Part shown: piece after piece, positions 25,268-35,800 of the stretch
How the letters are laid out: the number at the start of each line of letters is the position of its first letter
How positions within the stretch are numbered: the first letter of the stretch is position 1
Origin: Mayamaea pseudoterrestris
Lineage: Eukaryota
DNA: 64,000 nt
Assembly: GCA_027923505.1 (NCBI GenBank)
Contig: BROI01000003.1
Location: 62,001 to 126,000, forward strand
Reading direction: 5' to 3'
Program-made: the position numbers and the translations under genes
Notes under the pieces: generated by a model
What the model was told of the DNA's origin: nothing
What the model saw: only the letters and a program-made list of their open reading frames with translations
Databases searched by the model: none

Positions 25268-27415
25268 TTAACTGGGCGTTCGTATGTTACCCTGTGCCAT
25301 ACCAAGCAGCTTGGTGAATATCTTGGCGCCATCGTCTCGTAAACCACTGTGTTGATACTCATTACTTATCCAAACTTTGCAATGTTCCAGTGGACTGCCT
25401 CGTTTCGTGACTTGCATGCAAGCGTCAAAATCTACATACATGTCACCGTAATAAACAGCTGCGGCAGCCTTCACTTTGCCGTCAAGCGCTTGCCGCATTT
25501 TCACCGCGTCGTAGAGCGGAGTCCAGTCCGACTTTTGCGCCAACCTTTCAGCCACTGCTGCTAGTCCCACACCCTGTAGCTCAGCGTAATCCTCCGACAT
25601 CCACGGAAACACCATCTCTCCAAAGAACAAGACTGGTCGATTGGTGCCTTCCTGGCAGGTCACGGTGTAGTCAAAGTCCGATGACTCCTGGCATTTGTCG
25701 AGATAGGCTCGATGAGCGGCCCAGTTGGTGCTTGTGCCAGGTCCATCGCCGTAAATGCTTTCGTGCAGCCAAAAGTAGAATGGAGCATCATCGAAGCTTT
25801 GCTGCACTTCCAATTGCTTGAGAAACGAACGTCGGAACTGCGCGTCGCTGTCAGCTGCACCTTCCACTTGTAGTATTGCCATCGAAATCAGTTGATGCAA
25901 GGATGCAAAGGCCGACGGCGTCCCACCCAGTCCCAGTCCAAGCTGCAGGAAGCGCCTGGCCGTCAGTTTGCCTCTCGACGGCAAGTCCACTGGTTGCTTC
26001 AGTAGCGTCCTGACAATCTTTTTGACAATCGCAACATCTGTTGGGTACATTTCGTAGTACTGCAAACTTCGATCGCGCACTCGGACCCAAAGTGACGCGT
26101 AAAGCTCACGGCAGGGCGTCAATTGCGGTGCAATACCTCCCGTCAGGAGCATTTTCTGCGGCGGATGCTCCACTAAGGAAAGATACGTCATGCTGCAAAA
26201 GCCACCAAACGACTGCCCCAAGGAGGCGCCCCACGGCTTGGGAACGATCGGGTCGCTCGTTGGCGCTGCGTCATCGTCATTTAAATTTGGTGGAAGCATC
26301 AACGCGTCCCGAATCTCCTCGGCATCCAGCACGATATTGTCGGCACGAAAATGCGTCAAGTATTCAAACACCTGGTCGACGGCCGCTTGCACTGCCTGTT
26401 TGGTGTCCGAGTCAGGCAATTGGTCCATCACGAGCGGCAAATGATCGTCAACATTGCGTATGTCGCTGACATTTCTTACAGCAACATCATCCAACAGAAA
26501 CAAGTCTGGAAACATTAGCTCGAGCGACTGCTTGGTGACTGGCGACGACTGCCCCGTGCCGCGCTGATCCATCAGGACAATTTTGGAAAACGTTGGCAGC
26601 GCCGCACCAAGCCAACTTCCTTCCGCCGACAAGCTGACGCCGCTCACGGGAGCTGGCGCGCCGAAACCGGGGCCGCCCTGCAAGTACAGCATCATGTCGT
26701 TGGCGTTTGTCAGTGCAGAGTGCTGCACGTATTGCTGGGCGCGTTGAAAGGGTGATTGCGTACTGTGTGAAAATGACTGCCACCACGCGCGATCACTTTC
26801 CTTTATTGTTTCGACAATGGTAAAGTATAGGCGAACGCGTCGCTTGTCATTGACACTGCTTCGATTCAATGGAACAGAAATGGAATGTTCCGTCACAGCC
26901 AAGCTCGTGGAAGCACTGCCCGAGGCTGGAAAGGAGACAACGTGAATCTCGTGGTTCCGACTTTGCATAGTCATGGCTTGGGTCAAGCGCTGGCGGGCCA
27001 ACGATAGCTTGCTGCTGGAACTGCTGTCAGAGTCTTGACTAACTTCTGTTTGTTTCGTTTGCTGGCTCTTTGCAGGTGCAGTATTGTGCAGCCAGCCGGT
27101 GCGAAGGGGTCGATTAGGTTTGCTGTTGCCGTTGACGTCTTGCTCCGTCGTCGACTCTTCCTCGTTTGACTTCCAAAATGGACTGTCTTTGGACGGCAAC
27201 TTGTGATTCCAACCAGTCTTTGGCGTCTTTTGGTCCTTGTTGTTGTCACCGTTGTTGTTACGATGGTCGCCGTTGATATTTCGCAATATAGTTGATGAGA
27301 ACTGCAGCGTTCGTTTCCCTGAAATGGCAGCCGTGACTCGAAAGGCTTGCACGTGGAGCATGCACAGACTCGAAATCAGAATCAAGACGAAGCGATCAAG
27401 TGTCTTTGCTCGCAT
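25268..27415 (-). CDS. Proline iminopeptidase-like alpha/beta hydrolase, probably plastid-targeted
   Basis: LYLQGGPG, LMDQRGTGQS, FRADNIVLDAE, nucleophile elbow GQSFGG, DMYVD, EYQHSGLR; signal peptide ending VQA-F. Confidence 0.9.
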   Translation of the reverse strand: MRAKTLDRFVLILISSLCMLHVQAFRVTAAISGKRTLQFSSTILRNINGDHRNNNGDNNKDQKTPKTGWNHKLPSKDSPFWKSNEEESTTEQDVNGNSKPNRPLRTGWLHNTAPAKSQQTKQTEVSQDSDSSSSSKLSLARQRLTQAMTMQSRNHEIHVVSFPASGSASTSLAVTEHSISVPLNRSSVNDKRRVRLYFTIVETIKESDRAWWQSFSHSTQSPFQRAQQYVQHSALTNANDMMLYLQGGPGFGAPAPVSGVSLSAEGSWLGAALPTFSKIVLMDQRGTGQSSPVTKQSLELMFPDLFLLDDVAVRNVSDIRNVDDHLPLVMDQLPDSDTKQAVQAAVDQVFEYLTHFRADNIVLDAEEIRDALMLPPNLNDDDAAPTSDPIVPKPWGASLGQSFGGFCSMTYLSLVEHPPQKMLLTGGIAPQLTPCRELYASLWVRVRDRSLQYYEMYPTDVAIVKKIVRTLLKQPVDLPSRGKLTARRFLQLGLGLGGTPSAFASLHQLISMAILQVEGAADSDAQFRRSFLKQLEVQQSFDDAPFYFWLHESIYGDGPGTSTNWAAHRAYLDKCQESSDFDYTVTCQEGTNRPVLFFGEMVFPWMSEDYAELQGVGLAAVAERLAQKSDWTPLYDAVKMRQALDGKVKAAAAVYYGDMYVDFDACMQVTKRGSPLEHCKVWISNEYQHSGLRDDGAKIFTKLLGMAQGNIRTPS

Positions 27416-27878
27416 GGCATTGGCGACAGTGAATGGGAGGAATGCAATTCTTTGTGGTTGTCCATCAATCGGATCCAGGCGTTTTCGAACAAGATCGCAT
27501 GGAGATCGAGTAACGGTAAGACAAACACGAGCGTTCCGGTACTCAGTGTCGTAGCATCACTCGGTACCGCCGCGTTGACCATGGGAATCGTTTCCTTCGT
27601 CTGCGAGAACTACACTAATTGAACTTGCATTTGCTTTAGTTTCAATCCGATTTAAATATCCGAGACGCAGATACTGTCTCATTTTGCGCGCTTTTTCGTC
27701 TCCGATTCGACTGCGCGCTAATCTCAAACGTCGCTGCAGCATCGTGAACGGTGCGTCAACACGGCGCAAAGCTTCCGCCAAAATCCTGGGCCGCTCACAA
27801 CTCTGCCGCTCATTGCTGAATTATTCGACTGCATTTTGTATTTCCGAGCGATAAATCTCCTAGATTCGTGTAAGAAAA

Positions 27879-29453
27879 ATGGAACGCATCGAAGAAGGCG
27901 AAGGAATCGTTGTTGACCCTCATGATTGGTGGCAAACATATACGTCTACTCGACCAGGGTGGCTCACCAATGCACGAAGCGAATACGAGCAACAATTACA
28001 GGAAACGCATTGGTCTCTACATTTTACAAGAACGCAGCTAATGCTTGCTGTATTTGATATTGCATCTACCAAGACACTGCAGCGTAGGATTGACTCACGA
28101 GTGACATTGCATGGTAACTTGCGTGCCTCTTTTTCTCTTGACGACGACGACGACGACGATAACCTTCATTTCGCGCCTGTCGCGGCGACTATGGAAGTTC
28201 AAGTACCTGCACCAGTAATGAACTTTGCTGTTACATCCGTCGGTCGCCTTTTGGGTCGCAGATTGACGCATCTCCGCATGCATAGTAATTCCATGTTTGC
28301 GACCCCATCTATAATCACCGCCAGTACGAAGCTCAAGATGCTAGATATAAGTCTGCAAGACGAAGCTGATATACGCCGGTTGACGGACATAACTGCTAGC
28401 ATGCGCCTACGTCAATCAACCCTTGAACATATTAAACTCTCTCGTTTCAACTCGGCATCACTCCGCGTCATCAGTCCAATCCTCGTGACACTGCCAATGA
28501 TAAAGATTTTATGTTTGTCAGGGAATATGTTTAGATCGGCACTCATTTCGACACGCCAAGATGCAACATTGCTTTGCAGTCTCATGCGCATGGAACTTTT
28601 GGAAAGCATTCAATTGGAACACTTCGACTTTGCGACAGACGCAGCAGCAGATGCATTTTGCCGCGCAATTGAAGCGCCCGAGATGAAAAACAAATCCTTG
28701 AGTTTGATGCATGTCTTTTTACTCGCTGAGCGGCAGTCGGAGCTGATAAAAGCTGTCGCAAACTCCCGATTAAAGGCATTTTCTTCTTTTTATAATAATG
28801 CATCCCATCATAATTCTGTCAGTGTCTTGCCTTGGTCCAGCTTTGCCACTGACTTTGCATCTGCCAGGTATTCTCAAATGGAAAATGTGACCATATGGCA
28901 TGATCACCTGCCCGCTAACGACGTATTTGAATATCACATTGACGGATCTGAGCTTTACAACAATATATTTGATCCGAGCTGGGTGCGGAAAGTGAAACGC
29001 ACGATTGATATAAATCGCAATCGTCGACAATCATTGCCGGCGTTCGAGAAGTTGCAACGGACCCAAGAAGAGAGTCAAGTGTATCAGAAGCTTGTCCGAT
29101 TCCAAGACGTTTTTGCTGTTCATCCATCGACAGTCTTTGAATACATGCGGCACGACAAGTGGCGACTCAAAACGGTCATTCTAAGCTGCCACGAGCGGCT
29201 TATGATGCAGCACTCGTTTGGGGTGCGACTGGATCAAGTAATTGGCCAAGTTCAGCCGGAAGAGGCTGCATTTACTGCGGAAACGGATAAGTTGGTTTCC
29301 GCCTCTGCAGGCGTCAATGCTCCAGCTTCTTTCTCGGATGCTGCAGTAACTCCCTCTGCAACCTTGACCACTGCGCAAAGCGATGGCCCCGCTGTTAAAC
29401 GTCGCAAGGTCGAAGACGCTTTTCATGCAGATAAGGCATGCAGCCTAAAGTAA
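27879..29453 (+). CDS. Hypothetical protein with degenerate leucine-rich repeats; paralog of 5314-6852
   Basis: 524-aa ORF with LTHLRM, LKMLDIS, LEHIKLS, IKILCLS, LESIQLE; shares C-terminal motifs with 5314-6852. Confidence 0.7.
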   Translation: MERIEEGEGIVVDPHDWWQTYTSTRPGWLTNARSEYEQQLQETHWSLHFTRTQLMLAVFDIASTKTLQRRIDSRVTLHGNLRASFSLDDDDDDDNLHFAPVAATMEVQVPAPVMNFAVTSVGRLLGRRLTHLRMHSNSMFATPSIITASTKLKMLDISLQDEADIRRLTDITASMRLRQSTLEHIKLSRFNSASLRVISPILVTLPMIKILCLSGNMFRSALISTRQDATLLCSLMRMELLESIQLEHFDFATDAAADAFCRAIEAPEMKNKSLSLMHVFLLAERQSELIKAVANSRLKAFSSFYNNASHHNSVSVLPWSSFATDFASARYSQMENVTIWHDHLPANDVFEYHIDGSELYNNIFDPSWVRKVKRTIDINRNRRQSLPAFEKLQRTQEESQVYQKLVRFQDVFAVHPSTVFEYMRHDKWRLKTVILSCHERLMMQHSFGVRLDQVIGQVQPEEAAFTAETDKLVSASAGVNAPASFSDAAVTPSATLTTAQSDGPAVKRRKVEDAFHADKACSLK

Positions 29454-29727
29454 TCGTTGCAAGGTCGCAGAGCATTATTGTTTGCTTAATTTTTAGAGAG
29501 AAAGTCACAATTGACGGCTGTTACTGTAATTTCTATGAACATTCTTACTGTACTCTTATACTTTATATTGTAATTGGGACCTTGCTTCGCGCTCTTGCGA
29601 GTAATGAAGCATTCGATACTCACCAAGGTGGAAAGACGATGTCCACTATGTTGTATGTTCAACTTGAAATGAAAGATTGTAGCTTTCTAGCCGTTACAGT
29701 CTACCCTTTGTTATAAGTTACCTATGA

Positions 29728-31095
29728 TTAAGCCAATACCGACTTTGTAGTCGCTTCCTGCACCATGTTCCGTAGCACCCCAGCCTCCAGCGCCGGCAGT
29801 AGCCCAGGCGACCCACTATACAGTCCGCCAATGCTTTTGCCTCCAATGAAAATGTGCGGCAAGGACGATTGACCAGTCATTTTCAGCAGCGCCGCACGCT
29901 TGGCGGCTCCACCCTCCTTGATCAAGCCCGGAAGCCACTCTTGCCCAAGACTCACTTCCGTGTACGATATATTCAGACTGTCCAGCAGCGCCTTGCACTC
30001 GCTGGAGAATGGTGAAAGGCCGTACGTGTATACTAGGACTGGATTCGCCTTGGTATCTGCTTCAATTTCGGCCATGGCGCGCTCAATCTCCATTTCGTAG
30101 GCTTCTGGATCGTTTTTGCGCCACGAGCCAGCTTGGGCCGGTGCCAAGACGGCAAACACTGGTTTCGCCAATGGCAAGATCGTTTGCGACGCCCACTGCA
30201 GCAGCTCGTTTGGCGGTGTCCACAAGGCATATTGCTTGTATAGATAGCGAACAATGTCCACGCTTTCTGCCATTTTGGTGTCGGTGTTGGGGTCAATGAG
30301 ATAGGGGCACTGCGTAGATCCACCAGTCAGTTCGGCCAGCTCGGTTCGTCGGGGCGACTGCTTGCCGGCGTTTCGCAACTCATATGGCAAGTCAAGTTCC
30401 GTCAGCACTTCTCGAACGAGGCGGCAAAACTGATTGCTTTCGTAGGAATACAAGACGAGTGGTAGCTTGGGCCGCGGCGCTAATGCTGATGCGGCGGGCG
30501 ACACTTGCGCGCCTCGACCGATGCGAAAGACACCAGCCACGTAGCTTCCAACGTTGTTCAACACGTCAAGCACTTGCTGTTTCGTGTCTTCTGCTGCATA
30601 CGAGTCTTCCTGGATGCCAAACTTTGTCTTCAAGTAGTTACAAATCGCCTCGCTTCCCGTTAGCGTCTCTTCCTGAGCGCCGTTACTCACCACCAAACAT
30701 GGAGCAGATGCTCCTTGCGGCATGGCGTATTCGTAGGATGCGTCCGTCTTGGCTCTGGAGTTTGACGCAGCTGGAACGACAAGGTCTACCACCAAATCCA
30801 GTTCCGTAAGGAGCTCTCGAACGGTCCGACACGCGCGCGAGTTTTCAATGTCATAGAGTCGCAGTAGCTTGATGTTAGAATTGCTGTTGCTTGATTCAGG
30901 ACGTACAGTAATTCCGTTTGGTAAGCGGCAAATGGAGGCAATGCCCGATGTAAACGTGTCGATTGGATTGGGGACGGACGCTAGCGTCGTTGCAACAGAC
31001 GCAGATCGCGTCGGTGCAGCAATTGGAACAAAACCACTCGCCGTTGCAATCAAGCTGCTGCTGGCAATGACAGCAAGGAAGCGTAGCGAGTACAT
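29728..31095 (-). CDS. Plastid-targeted protein with three thioredoxin-fold (GST-N/glutaredoxin-like) domains
   Basis: Signal peptide plus ASG-FVP; repeats LYDIENSRACRTVRELLTELDL and LYSYESNQFCRLVREVLTELDL; QCPYLIDPNT; C-terminal Grx-like SPFS...TGQSSLPHIFIGGKSIGG. Confidence 0.85.
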   Translation of the reverse strand: MYSLRFLAVIASSSLIATASGFVPIAAPTRSASVATTLASVPNPIDTFTSGIASICRLPNGITVRPESSNSNSNIKLLRLYDIENSRACRTVRELLTELDLVVDLVVPAASNSRAKTDASYEYAMPQGASAPCLVVSNGAQEETLTGSEAICNYLKTKFGIQEDSYAAEDTKQQVLDVLNNVGSYVAGVFRIGRGAQVSPAASALAPRPKLPLVLYSYESNQFCRLVREVLTELDLPYELRNAGKQSPRRTELAELTGGSTQCPYLIDPNTDTKMAESVDIVRYLYKQYALWTPPNELLQWASQTILPLAKPVFAVLAPAQAGSWRKNDPEAYEMEIERAMAEIEADTKANPVLVYTYGLSPFSSECKALLDSLNISYTEVSLGQEWLPGLIKEGGAAKRAALLKMTGQSSLPHIFIGGKSIGGLYSGSPGLLPALEAGVLRNMVQEATTKSVLA

Positions 31096-31204
31096 TCTGA
31101 GTCTCTAACCCTCTGACTCTATAGGCAACAAGCTTGCAAGTCCATGAATGATGGATAATGAACGCAGGGACCTGCCGAAGAAGTGAGTCAAGTCAAGATC
31201 TCTG

Positions 31205-31240
31205 TGACGTCAATCATGCCGCGACACCCTCGCACCGGTA
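31205..31240. promoter_or_regulatory. Candidate promoter module: TGACGTCA plus TCGCACCGGTA
   Basis: TGACGTCA at 31205-31212 and TCGCACCGGTA at 31230-31240, ~110-145 bp upstream of the start at 31095; the same motifs recur in other promoters. Confidence 0.45.
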
Positions 31241-31335
31241 TTGACCGTAGTTAGCAGTTTGGCTTTTGGCCAATGATCCCGCATGTCCTCTACCAAGATA
31301 GTCATTACGATGTAGTATAAGCCAAATTTTTAGAA

Positions 31336-32539
31336 CTACCAATTCAACCAAGGTGTTTGGTCATCAGCCGTCGGATAGCCCCAGTACTCCATGGCCTCCT
31401 TCATTTCTTCGCAAGGAGCGTCTCGCAGCGGATCTTCCGACACAAACTTGCCAGTAATGTCCAGTAAGTTATAAAAATGTACTCGCATTTCCTTGTAGAG
31501 TCCATCCTGCGCCGAAGGTAAATTTTCTGCAAATTGAATGGCATGCTCGCGATCCTTGGCGTTGAATAGGATCAAATCACCCAATGCTATACTCGCAGGA
31601 TCATCCTTTTGCTCCGTCGCCAAATGCAGCGGCCCCGCCGCAATCACTCGCTCACTTTTAATCATGTAGGCTAAATTTTCCTCCCACACTTCTTCACGCA
31701 AATTGCCAACTTCACCTGGAACGTCATTATCAATGCCCAAACACATGCAGGGGAAACCAAACCGCCCATCATCCATGCGCAAGCTATAGTCGCGAATATG
31801 CCGCCAGCGATAAAACGGAATGTTCGTCAAGTCTCCGCCGGTGAGCTTTTGTACAATGGGATCGTTGGATAAAACACCCTTGGCGTACTTGACTTCGGTG
31901 GACTCGAAACACATGGCGTGCCCAATGATGCGCTTCAGATCCGAAGAGAGACTGCAGGTAACAGCAAACGAGTGAGCAAGCGAGCAGGTCCATAATAGAT
32001 GATGATCCGCATTTAACTTACATTGGTAAACTCCACAGTATATCCGCCATGGATTCACTGTTGAACGTTTCATTGTATAGATTCGTCTTGCGACAATACA
32101 TGACATGATCCTCCGTCAGTGGCAGTCGTTCGTAGTGCAAATCCAAACCATCCTTTTCGGCTGAATCATCCAATTCACGATCCCACACAAACGCCACGAA
32201 CCGATTGCCGGCATTTTTGGAGAGTGGCACCGGCTTGAGCTCAATGGTGGGCGTTTCATCCTCGTCCTCGTCGCGAAAGTTGCGGTCACCAAAGCCGCTC
32301 GACTTTTCGTCCTCGTCGTCAAAGTCACTCTTGCTGCTCGAGTATTCACTGCCCTCGCCAACGTAGGATGAATATAGAAATGTTTGTTGCGGTGATGCAA
32401 TATTGTATGCTCGTCGAGTTGCTGTCACACCAAATTTTTGTTGTTGTAAGCGAGCCGAGAAGGATGCTGATTGTTCTATCAGCACTGCCAGCAGCGTAGC
32501 TAGAGCAAAATAGTATGTTTTACGGTGACATTGTTTCAT
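31336..32539 (-). CDS. YCII-related domain protein, probably plastid-targeted (exons 32539-32022, 31951-31336; start may be at 32581)
   Basis: Signal peptide ending SAS-F; intron 31952-32021 joins SLP(I)LSSDLK in frame; C-terminal VIAAGPL...LILFNAKDREHAIQFAENLP...GLY is YCII-like. Confidence 0.7.
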
Positions 32540-32683
32540 CGTTATTGACCCACTTTCCTTCCTCCGCACCATGATGGCCATGGTGAATTCGATGGATTGG
32601 TAACTGCATTTTGATGGATGTTCTTGTCACGAGCGAAGGACAAACGGTACGGGATGACGCATCGGTACTAAGAAGCTGATGCG

Positions 32684-32703
32684 TGACATCATTCGCACCG
32701 GTA
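32684..32703. promoter_or_regulatory. Candidate promoter module in a divergent intergenic region
   Basis: TGACATCA at 32684-32691 immediately followed by TCGCACCGGTA at 32693-32703, between divergent starts at 32539 and 32865. Confidence 0.45.
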
Positions 32704-32864
32704 CTGAACAACTCGGTCATTCAATTCCATGTGGATTCGATCTTGCTTCTTGCTTGGACGTTTTCTTCCTTGGCACACAAGATCAACCATCAAAGCTGCA
32801 GTCCAAAGCACAAGCCTTTGGCTCTGGAATTAGCTTAGCTAGTACCAGATAAGCTTGTTACAGC

Positions 32865-35800
32865 ATGACGGACAATGCACTCACACCCGAGCAATTCCAG
32901 AAACTCTTTGCACTCTCCGAACATGACTATCAGAGGCAGGCACCCGACTGGCTACGACGCGTCCAGCAGCCAGCGAGTGACACAAACGAATCTGCTCAAA
33001 AACTCTTGACGCAGCTACAAACCGTGAGCAAGACGAATCGCCGACTGGAGCAAGTCTTGGTGAATTCCAATGTCCCGCTTCCAACCGACATTCCGTACGC
33101 CGAGGCCAAGCTCAAGATTGCTGACATCAACGCCATGCTGTCAACCTGCATTAATCAAAACGAGTACCAAGCACTGGCAGTCGAGCTAGACAAGTACACA
33201 GCCGCGCTCATGGCATCCGACGAGTACCAAGCTGAACTAGTCGAACAGGAGCGCGAATGGGAGCGCGCCAATCGTTCCGACAATGAGCGCGCCCTCCACG
33301 CGGTGCGTCGGCACATGCCGGTCCAAGTACGCTTCTGCTCCGAAGCGTCACTTTCCGACGAGCATGGCTTACCAAAGCCGCTGGCGCGCAAGTTGGTGCG
33401 CACCAATGTCTTGCAGCTGCTGCGCAAACGTCCATCCGACATTGAAAAGATGCATCCCAGCATGCTGGAAGGTTTCAAGACGACGGGCTTGACGCTGACG
33501 GAGCGGCGGGCATTGTACTTGCACATGCTGCCGCTCGCCGGCAGCTGGAGCAAGGCCAAGGACCAAATGACGGAGCGTAAAATGACGTGGTACAACATGA
33601 TGAAGCAAAAGTTTCAGGAAGGCTTGGGGCAGTGGCAACATCACGTCAAGGAATATGGATTGCCATGCGCGACGCACAAGTGCAACTTGATTGGTAACCA
33701 GTGTCCGTTCAAGGCGGATACTGGTGCCATGGACTACTATAGTAGTGGTGGGTACGGATTTCCGGAAGGAGACGTATACGAGCAGAGTGAGCAGGCAGCG
33801 ACAGTCAAGTTATTTCCGACGACAATGTCACCATCGCCACTATCGCCTGGGAATCGATCGCGGTCATTTCTTGGTCCAGCATCCCTTTCACCATCCGCGG
33901 TAGCTCGATCGCGATCCTTTCTGGGTGAATTAACCAAGGCAACCTCACAGTGCGCACCCGCTGTTTCCAGTTCCGGCGAGGCCAATCGTCCCTTACTGTC
34001 CGAGGTGGTCAACAAGGCACCGAAACTGGCGGCAAGGAGGCAAGAGTCTATTTCACGCAAGCCGCCCGAGCCGACGCGGTCGCGCAAAAATCTACTGAAT
34101 GAGCTCGAAGGCAAAAAGCCAGCCTTGCCAGCACCAGCTGCAGCTGGAGGGTTGTTGGCTGGTATCGCAAATATGAAGTTAAAAAAGACGGAAGGACCCA
34201 AGGAAAAGGCTAGCTTGATCAAGGAAGTTGCGCCAGGCACCAAGCCAACCGTAAAGGTGGCTGCTTCGTCTCCGCCACCAACTTTAGCGCCCGCGGCGGA
34301 GCGAAAGCCATCGACGAGAAAGGAACGTCAAACATCCGTAACCTCGGTGGTCGTTCTGGATGAAGCTGGCGAACGCGTGCTAGCGTTGAAGCAGCACTAC
34401 CAGAGAATTGGCAAGACTAGTCAGATTGAAGAAGCTCGAGTGAGTTGCGAAAGCCTTGATGCTGCCATGGACAAGCTGGAGAGCGATCTCGAGCAGTACA
34501 TTTACTGGCAACTCCTCGATACGGATGATATGCTGAGCGACTCGGAGAAGAGCCGACAAATTGAGGCCTTTCGTACCACGTTACAAACCACGGAGACGAC
34601 TGTCTCAGAGCTTAATAAGCGCGTATATTCGTCCATAGGAGACGATCGGAGCTTGATAGAGGTTGAGCTGGCGGAAGATTTACACAAAATGATATCTTCT
34701 GCTGTCGTCTTCATTCTAACTCGGGGAAAAGAATTGAAAAAGAAAGACAAGGGCATTCGGGATCATGTTGTATCGATTAACAGTAAAATGCAGGGTATTC
34801 ACTCCAACAATGAGCTCGCACTGAAAAAGCTCGGTGAAGGAGCGACCCCAACTCGAAAGGTTAGAACAGTCGCTCACATCACTGAGAAGAAGAAGAATTT
34901 GCTTTCTCTGCAAGAGAGATCAGCAATTCGAGCTGCTGGATTGGAGCGCCACTATGGAAAAGGCAAAACTGCCGCCGCTGCTATCCTTTGCGATAATTTA
35001 GACGCAGCAATGGATCGCCTGGACTCATACATGGACGGGTGGGTTGATCAGATGATGCAGACTGACGATACAAAAACGAGTGATACCGAGAAACAGAAAC
35101 TTCTTGGCTACTACATGACCGCGCTTGAGGGCCTCAAAATTCCTGTCAAGGAGCTGGTGCAAAGAACGACTTCCCAATCATGCAGCAAGACGGAGTGCGA
35201 AATGATTGAGGATTTGCACCGGCTTTCTTCCTGTGTCTTCAACTTTATAATGCAGAGAATGAAGAAGCTTGACGTTAAGGACAAGACGATTAAAAAGCTT
35301 CTTCGCGAGCTGAACGAGGACATCAAGTCTGTGCATGAAGAGGCTGTGAAATCGCTAAAGGCCTTTAACCTTGACGCGCAGCCAACTCGCAAAGTACGAA
35401 GCGTCAAGCAGATTATCGAAGCCAAGGTCAATGAAAAAGAGAAAAAGACCAAGCAGGTCGTGAAAAAAATCGTCAAGACTGTAAAACACGAAGTTGTGGA
35501 AGTTCCGGTAACACCTACTGGAACGCCTACACGTAAAGCTTCAAGTACATCTCCTAATCGAGCTACAACAATACCACCACCTCCAGTTCCACCTTCGCCA
35601 AAGACACCTGAAAAGTCTTTGATTGTGTCGGACGTTGTCGGACGAGATCAGCTAAAGTGGCAGCTCATGAAGCAAGTCAAAGACGCAGTGACCATGAAAC
35701 GAAAGCTTGAAAAGGCAATAACGAGCAATGGACTCACGATCCCAGACGAAAAGATTGGATTTGAGGAGGCTGAGCGTAAAATGACGGAGATTTCCAAGCG

